From NCBI RefSeq assembly GCF_000002865.3, contig NW_001865079.1, positions 81,858 through 145,857 on the forward strand: 64,000 bases of DNA, given 5' to 3'. How positions within the stretch are numbered: position 1 is the first letter of the stretch; each line of letters begins with the position of its first letter. Below the pieces are notes generated by a model, which ran no database searches, was not told where the DNA came from, and saw only the letters and a list, made by a program, of their open reading frames with translations. Both the position numbers and the translations under genes were made by a program. This stretch comes from Monosiga brevicollis MX1 (taxonomy: Eukaryota). Below, one piece after another: positions 56,950-64,000 of the stretch.

Positions 56950-57025
56950 CCCAATGGGGGGTTTGTCCCCTTCGAAGACAGAAATCCTGTCTTCGAAGCC
57001 AATAGGACAAACGCCACCCATTGGG
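56950..57025. other. Long inverted repeat / hairpin
   Basis: Perfect 12-bp inner stem CTTCGAAGACAG/CTGTCTTCGAAG with a 5-nt loop. Outer stems GTTTGTCC/GGACAAAC and CCCAATGGG/CCCATTGGG. Confidence 0.8.
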
Positions 57026-58369
57026 TGCGGAGGTTTGGTCTCTGGTCAAAAGCCCAAGTCTTGCCACTGGCCGTCCGAGTTGGATTCGCAACACGCCCGT
57101 GCCGCCGCTCGACTCTTGTGTCATGTTGGAACGAGAGAACAAGAGCCAACCTTTTTTTTTCATAGTCTTGACTCGCGCCAAACCAAGCGCACACCATCAA
57201 GCAAGCGCCCCACACCAAAAAAACACAGGCTTTCATCATGATAATGTTGTTATCACACTCCCTCCCTCCCCCTTTACGACTGAATCACTGAGACCAGACC
57301 AGAGCACGGCACCGCACGAGAGCACGCCCGTCGTCGAGTCGAGTGCATCATGTCACCCCTGTGGTCATCTCAGAACAGAAAAAAGTCCTGGGGGTTCCTT
57401 TGATTTTTTCCTTGGAATCATCATCTGCAGAAACCTGCATGGCAGACTGCACAAACCTTGAGGCACGCTACAGTTAATTCCTATGGGGACCAGGACTCTA
57501 CCGACACAACCCTGCAGATCACGTGCAGGAAGGCAACGATGGGGGTGTGGAAGGTGTTGCACAGGCTACGACTCGCAGTGTAACACCCTTTGCTTTCCAC
57601 CGGCACACAATGTGAGAGCTGGGTCAAGGTCAAGAGAGGTTGGCGGCACACACATTGTGTTCTCACACACACACTCAGAGAGAGCGCAAAGCAAAGGCAA
57701 AGCAAAGCAAGGCAAAGGTTGTGTTGTGTTGTGTGTTCATTATGATAAGGATCACAATGCCATTGGACCCCCTCCTAACTTGCACAAGCCGCCCCCGCCC
57801 CAATGGCAGCCTGATCTGATGGGTGAGGACTCGACACACGAGGGCACTGTCTCCGACGGGCACAGAGACGTGACCCAAGCCCAAGCGGCCCACATCAGGG
57901 GGCCCCAAGAAGGGCAGCGTGCAAGGTTAGGGAACAAGAAGGGGGGTGAACCCCATAAAGACCCTTTGACTTGCACACCGCCACCAGAAAACCACGAGAG
58001 AGCGACAGAGAGAGAGAGCGACAGAGAGAGAGAGAGGAGTGATACAAGATGCAACACACCTTTGTTACCTTTGCGTATGTACGTAACAAACAGCACAGAA
58101 CCGCATCTTGCGCGCTGTCCACCTTCCACTTGGCAAGGAAGTTACTCGCTACGACGCGCGGCTTGCTTCCGTACCCGACTCGTTCCAGGCGACGGTCGTG
58201 CTCTGGCTCTGGCTGGACGACTTGGAAACAGGGGGTCGACAGCCAGACAGACAGCCAGCCAAAGCATCAGAACACGAGTCATAGGCGTGCGTGTACATGG
58301 AATGGCAACCAACCAACCCGCTGTGCCCCAACACACACACACACGCATGGTGCGATCCGATCCGATACG

Positions 58370-58385
58370 CTCTCTCTCTCTAAAA

Positions 58386-58431
<46 letters not shown>

Positions 58432-58502
58432 TTCTTTTGTTCATTCCTTTGTTCATTCTTTTGTTCTCTCTCTCTCTCTCTCTCTTAATGTCTCTCTCTC
58501 TG

Positions 58503-58565
<63 letters not shown>

Positions 58566-58690
58566 AACTCCCTTTCTCTGTGTGTGTCGGTAACTCGGGT
58601 GGCGTCATTTTTCCAACCGATTGCCTCTGCTGCATTTGCTCGCGCTTGCCTCCCCTCTCTCTCTCTCTCTTGCTCTTGCTCTCTCTCTGT
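58370..58690. repeat. Interrupted (TC)n microsatellite region
   Basis: Several TC tracts upstream of the CBM21 gene. Confidence 0.85.
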
Positions 58691-58845
58691 TGCAGCTGGC
58701 TGCCATATGCCACTGACAGACTGACTGTGTGCGCTCGAAGCTTGAAGCTCATTTTCAGTCGTTGTGGTGGGTCGCCTTTTTGGCATTTGGCCATCGTTCC
58801 ATCAGCTGCTCTGGCCATTAACGGCCTGGGCTTTGTCGGACACGG

Positions 58846-59931
58846 ATGATGGCGGCTTGTGTGCTTCCCTCGGTTCCCCTGGCTCAGTTTCGGCGACCTC
58901 CTGCGCCTGTGAAATCAGCCGTTCCCGCTTCCTCGTCTTCCAACATGGCCGCCGCGGCTGCCCCGGCCGCCCCCCTCCCCACGGCTCCTACCACCTCGCG
59001 TCGCTGCTCCCCCGTCAAGCAAGAATCGATGGACGCCATCACTGATCTCTTGCAAGCCACGCTCTGCAAAATCGAGACGGCCTCACCCGCTCCCGCTCCC
59101 TCGTCCTCGTCCACCCTCGCGCCTCGCCGCGGTGTCAATGTACTATCCCTTCAAAATCTGGCCGAGACCAACACGGCGGCCCTCACGCCCGCCCTGACCC
59201 CGGTCCCGCCACCCGCCGCCAACACCACCAGCTCGAGTGTCCCCTGCACCCCCACCAACGCCTGCAAGACCGCCAACGTCACACCCCGCAAGGCCCGCCT
59301 CACGCGTCGCCTGACCTGGAGCGACGAACGCGGTGGTCAACTCGAACACAAGTGCCACTTTAGCAAATACGACGAACCCTATCGCTGTGGTCGCCGACCC
59401 CACGCGCGCCCCACCGTCCAAGCCGACCTCGACATTGGCGCCACCCTCACCGACTCGAGCACCGTCCTGGCCTTTGACTCGGCCCAGCTCTGCGCTCCAC
59501 ACCTCATGGCCGAACGTGCCTGCCAGCAAGGCGTCGTCCTTGAACAAATCAACGTCCGCCTCCCCTACATCTTTTGCACCGTTCGGGTCGCCAACCTGGC
59601 TTACGCCAAATCGGTCAAGATCAAATACACTTGCGACAACTGGGCCACCTCGGACGTGGTCGAGGGCGCCTGGATTTCCTCGGGCCTGGAACGCGACACG
59701 GAGCGCTTCGTCGCCACCATCAGCCTCTACAACTTTCGTCTCATCAAAAATCTTCAGCTCTGTGTCCAGTACAACGCTGCCGATCAAGAACGCTGGGACA
59801 GCGCCGATGGGCGCAACTACCAGCTTCGCCAAGTCTCCCGTGCCGATGCCCGCACCCTTTCCCCTCCCCCCTACCGCAAATGGCAACAACAGGGGGCCTG
59901 GCATGACTCGTGCCTCGGCGCCTTTTTGTGA
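58846..59931 (+). CDS. CBM21-domain protein; PP1 glycogen-targeting subunit (PPP1R3-like)
   Basis: RVxF-like RRLTWSDERG. CBM21 motifs VVLEQ, CTVRVANLAYAKSVKIKYTCDNW, DTERF, LCVQY and WDSADGRNY. Confidence 0.85.
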   Translation: MMAACVLPSVPLAQFRRPPAPVKSAVPASSSSNMAAAAAPAAPLPTAPTTSRRCSPVKQESMDAITDLLQATLCKIETASPAPAPSSSSTLAPRRGVNVLSLQNLAETNTAALTPALTPVPPPAANTTSSSVPCTPTNACKTANVTPRKARLTRRLTWSDERGGQLEHKCHFSKYDEPYRCGRRPHARPTVQADLDIGATLTDSSTVLAFDSAQLCAPHLMAERACQQGVVLEQINVRLPYIFCTVRVANLAYAKSVKIKYTCDNWATSDVVEGAWISSGLERDTERFVATISLYNFRLIKNLQLCVQYNAADQERWDSADGRNYQLRQVSRADARTLSPPPYRKWQQQGAWHDSCLGAFL

Positions 59932-61631
59932 TCAAACACGCCCCGCCAGCCGCCTGTCCATAACCCTCTGCTGCAGCTGCCGTTCTGGCTCCCTCTCTCT
60001 CTCCCTCTCTCACCTCCCGGGATGTCATGCGTGGCGTGCGCTATGCGCGCACCTTTGGTGGCTTGCGTGTTCAAGTTGGGTGAGCGGCAACACACACGAG
60101 TTGTTGCCGTTCCCCATGGCTTGAACACGTCACCAAGGAAGGTTGCGCCTTGTCTGCCCGCGCACCCCGCTCGACTTTGTTCTTTCTATACTATCACAAT
60201 CATGTGTGTTGTGTGTGCTCTGCTCCATAATCTGCGATGAGCCTTTATTCACCCCTTGTGTTTCCTCTTTTTGTTCCCCGCACATGGCTGAGCCATGATG
60301 GCATGCATTTGATATTCAAGCATCGCCCTGTTCCTGTTTTCTTAAAAGGAGGCTGCCTCCGCTCATAATTTCCCCATATTAGTACCCTGGCGAGTTTCGT
60401 TCGTTGTTCAAGACAAGAATCGCACCGCGCACCGCTGCTGGCGCCCTCGATTGTGGCCCCAGCCGGAAAATCGACCCCCTCTCTCATAATAATGACAGTC
60501 CATCACACGCATCGCCAGATCAAAAAGCTCAAAGCTCTCATCCGCTCGTCCCATCACTCCTTCAGACCCGGTCCTTTTCAAGTTTGCATCAGGTGACACC
60601 CAAGAGATGGTGCGTCTCTGTGTGTGTGTGTGTGCCATGATGCACGATCACACGATCTTATGTCACACACACGCTCTCTCGAATCTCTCTCTCATTTCCT
60701 AACGTGATGTGCGTACACGCAAGAGTGTCTTTGGTGGGGACATCCATGTGGTTGGTCCTCTGACCACCCAGAGCCACGTGAGTGACGATTATCTGACAAT
60801 TTAGTTATGCTCACTTTATTCGCTCATATGGCAGACAATGTCCTTTTTCTTTAATGTCAGATGAAATGTTTTGTCCGGAGGAGTGACTTGGTTGAAAGGA
60901 CAACGCGCCGACGGCGACACGATCGGAATGCGCGCACACACACACACACTCGCGCGCGCGCGCGCGATTCAGATCTCAACGGCCGTCCCAAGCAGACTGG
61001 CTAGTTGGTTGGCCTCGCAGATCCAAGGCTCATCGGCGCGAATCCACCCAGCTCTTTGGTCCAGCAGCCAAACATGAGCATGCAACATTGGTGTGTGGAT
61101 CCCGAGCTTGCATTCCGTCCTGTCCCATTGCACGGACAACCGTTGCGCGTCGTGGGCGATGGACAGCGCCTACCCGCAACCCGCCATAGCCCTGGCCGAG
61201 CAATGCGACTCCAGTGGACATCCATGTCCCCCCATCCGCTCTCAAGCACCCCACTGCCTCTGCAAGAACCCGTCCCCTGCCTCCGCCCAACCGAGCCGCC
61301 CACACGCCCCTCCCCACCAATACGACGACTCACCGTCTGACACCAACGAGACTCACACCAACGAGACTCACGCCAACGAGACTCACATTAAGCCCTCCTC
61401 TTCCCTGGCGTTTCCTCTTATACCTCTTTTACTGACATCTCTGGACATGCTACGTCATTTTTCAATCGCCCCTGCGCCCGAGCACGCAGTCGCGCTCGAC
61501 ACCAGGCCAGAGCCCTGGATGTTCTTCCTCTTGCGATCCCAATATCCCTTCCCTCAACTCAAATTTACATCTCCCGAACACAGTTGCGCACCTTTCTTTA
61601 CCTCCCATAGCCTCTGCTTGCACGCTCAGCC

Positions 61632-64000
61632 ATGATGCCGTGCCTCCCTAGCGCACTGTCGGCGCTCTCTATCCTCGCTTTGCTTGGTACAGCCCCGAGA
61701 ATGTTACTTCATCCCGTCCTGTCCTGCCCCTCGCCAAGGCCCCTTTCCCTCACGCGCACCCAATGACCTGCCTTGACCATAGGCGCCGTGGCTGGAGCCG
61801 GTATGACTACACTGCCTCCAAGCCCGACAACCCGCGCCGCGACCACATCGCCCGCCGCGACACCACCGCTCTGTAACTTTGATGGCATGTGCTTCTGCCC
61901 CATCGGTCTGACCGCCCGCATCGAGCTCGACGCCTTCCGCTGCCCCACCTGCCTTTGCCTGATTGACGAGGAAGAAGACAGCTTTGAGGTGCCCGCCACT
62001 GAGGAGCCCACCGAGGACCCCTGCAGCTTTGACGGCACCTGCGACTGTCCTGACCACCAGCAGGCCTCCATTCGTGTACGTGCAAAAGCGTCCCCCCTCC
62101 CCGCATGTTATCGGAGACAAAGCTGCTGCTGCCATCCGCTTGCTCCGTACCTCTGGTCAGTACAAGAGGGGTCAAGACCCATTCACTGACAGGGATCGCG
62201 CTCTTATGCTAGGTTTACGATGGTTGCCCGACCTGCATCTGCTCAGACCCCGTGACGACGCGAGCACCAACCACCTCTCGCATCCAGACAACCACCCAGG
62301 CACCCATCTCCACGACCAACATTCAGGCCACCTGCGCCCCCTATCGCCCATGCAACTGTCGCCCTGGCGCAATCAGCGTGGACACGGTAAGCACCATAAA
62401 TTTGAGAGCACGCATCAAAGTCGAAGCGCGTGCCTCCCTTGACCTTGCTCGGGCTAACGCCCCCGTCCCAACGCTCAGTTTGACCGATACGGTTGCCGGA
62501 GCTGCTCCTGTAAGCCCGTTCCAACCACAACCCCGGCACCTACCACTACCAACTCTCAAGCCCAGACTACTGTCGGACCCCAAGTAACCACAAACCAGAA
62601 CAGCTGCAGCGCCTACGTACCCTGCAACTGCCGACCTGGAGCCGTTCCTCGAGATTACGTGAGTCCCGGCCCGTGCCTGCCGTCCGTCTCACCTGTCATC
62701 TCATCCAGGTCACTCACCAACACGTTCCATTTCACACCTCAAAGTTTGACCAAGATGGATGCCGCCGCTGCTCCTGTCGCGCGGCCACCACGCCTGCAGC
62801 TAGTTCTGCCCCTTCCTCCACCCAGACCTCGTCTAGTTCCACATCAAGACCCTCAACAACCACCAGTTCCTCAATCTCCAGCTCGTCACGGTCCTCTTCC
62901 TCTTCCTCTTCCTCATCAACGTCATCCTCTTCCTCTTCCTCTTCAACGTCATCCTCTTCCTCGCACTCATCAACGTCATCCTCTTCCTCGCACTCCTCGT
63001 CCTCGACCACCTCTACCACCTCACCGCCTCTCAATCGTAAGCCCTTCTCAACATGCGACACCGCTTGGCGCCGTTTCCGCGCACGTTTTGTGGATGCACC
63101 GCATGCACCCCTATTCATGCCCAACCGTGCTCTTCTCCGCAGCTGGCTGCCCTGTTCCCGACTGCCACTCTTGCCAAGCGCACCAAAACGTCATCAGCTT
63201 TGAATACAACGGTTGGTACAAGCAAATGAATACAACATCCGCATTCTTGTTCGCCACTCAGGCGGCACCTGACGGAATGCTTCAATTCTGCTCCTGTATT
63301 CTCCAGGATGCTACTATTGTCGCTGCGAGGACAGGAATGCACCCCAAACTTCGCCTTATCCCCCGCAATGTGCCAACCCTGATTGCCACGAGTGTCAAGC
63401 GCATCAGACCGTTGAGTTCTATCAAGAGGCCGGTGAGCATACACGTGCCGCCCATGGACACACCCTGTTCTGTGTTTCTTCCAACGCCAAACCCACCTAA
63501 CATGCCCATTCACATGGACTGCATTCCTGGCACCATGCCTAGGCTGCCCCAAATGCCGCTGTGTCACTCCCGGTGAACCTAGCACCTCTCGTGTGCCGCT
63601 GACCACAACCCAACCAACCACGACCCCTCGTCATGTTCCCACCACGACCCCTCGCCATGTTCCCACCACGACACATCGACCCATGCCAACTACTGCAGGA
63701 TCAACCACCGCCCCCGGCCCCACCAACGTTCCCGCTGACCAGTGCCCAGTGCCCACGCAGTGCAATGGCGCCTGTCGCTGTGAGTGCTTGCACTGCCCAT
63801 GTGCACATCTCCAAATGAGCAAGCGCCTCGAGAGGCCGCTGGCCCTCGAGACTGGTATGGACTCTGACCACTCACTTACCCTGCCTTGCAACAGCTTCAG
63901 AGGTGCCCTTTTGGACAACGGTAGCTGGTTGCTACGGGTGCCTGTGCATTCCCAGTGCTGAGAATCGTGAGTTCTTGGATGCAGGCCTTGCCGCCAACCA
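61632..64000 (+). CDS. Secreted Cys-rich (antistasin-like repeats) mucin-like protein; multi-exon, runs off window
   Basis: Signal peptide MMPCLPSALSALSILALL. Repeated modules such as CFCPIGLTARIELDAFRCPTCLC, PCNCRPG..FDQDGCRRCSC and CPVPDCHSC..FEYNGC, separated by S/T/P-rich linkers. Confidence 0.65.

Noticed and set aside
57483..58786. 413-aa and 214-aa ORFs with SLSL/ERER runs
   Set aside because: Produced by (TC)n microsatellites; no protein features.
61341..61386. 15-bp repeat x3 (CACCAACGAGACTCA)
   Set aside because: Short minisatellite with no evident function.

Overview
Gene-dense, intron-rich eukaryotic DNA with short GT-AG introns and many (CT)n/(CA)n microsatellites. Three tyrosine kinases with non-animal domain combinations point to a choanoflagellate, most likely Monosiga (inference). 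Recognisable genes, in order: PAF-acetylhydrolase-like hydrolase, CENP-C, UBE3C-type HECT ligase, CCCH zinc-finger protein, an orphan gene with a 75-bp tandem repeat, PRMT9, GH27 alpha-galactosidase, RNA polymerase I subunit RPA2, two tandem LRR-LDLa receptor tyrosine kinases, a PTB-containing tyrosine kinase, a CRAL-TRIO+PDZ protein, a CBM21 PP1-targeting subunit and an antistasin/mucin-like protein. The standout is an intronless 11-kb ORF (44745-55781, 3678 aa). It joins an N-terminal nuclease-toxin-like domain, a hydrophobic helix, a large uncharacterised domain, ankyrin repeats and a complete SecA-type ATPase motor. It is bracketed by two ~78-bp AT-rich direct repeats (43926-44003 and 56407-56485). 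This looks like a cassette encoding a giant toxin with its own translocation motor, possibly acquired horizontally. Exon boundaries and family assignments were read by eye and need confirmation.
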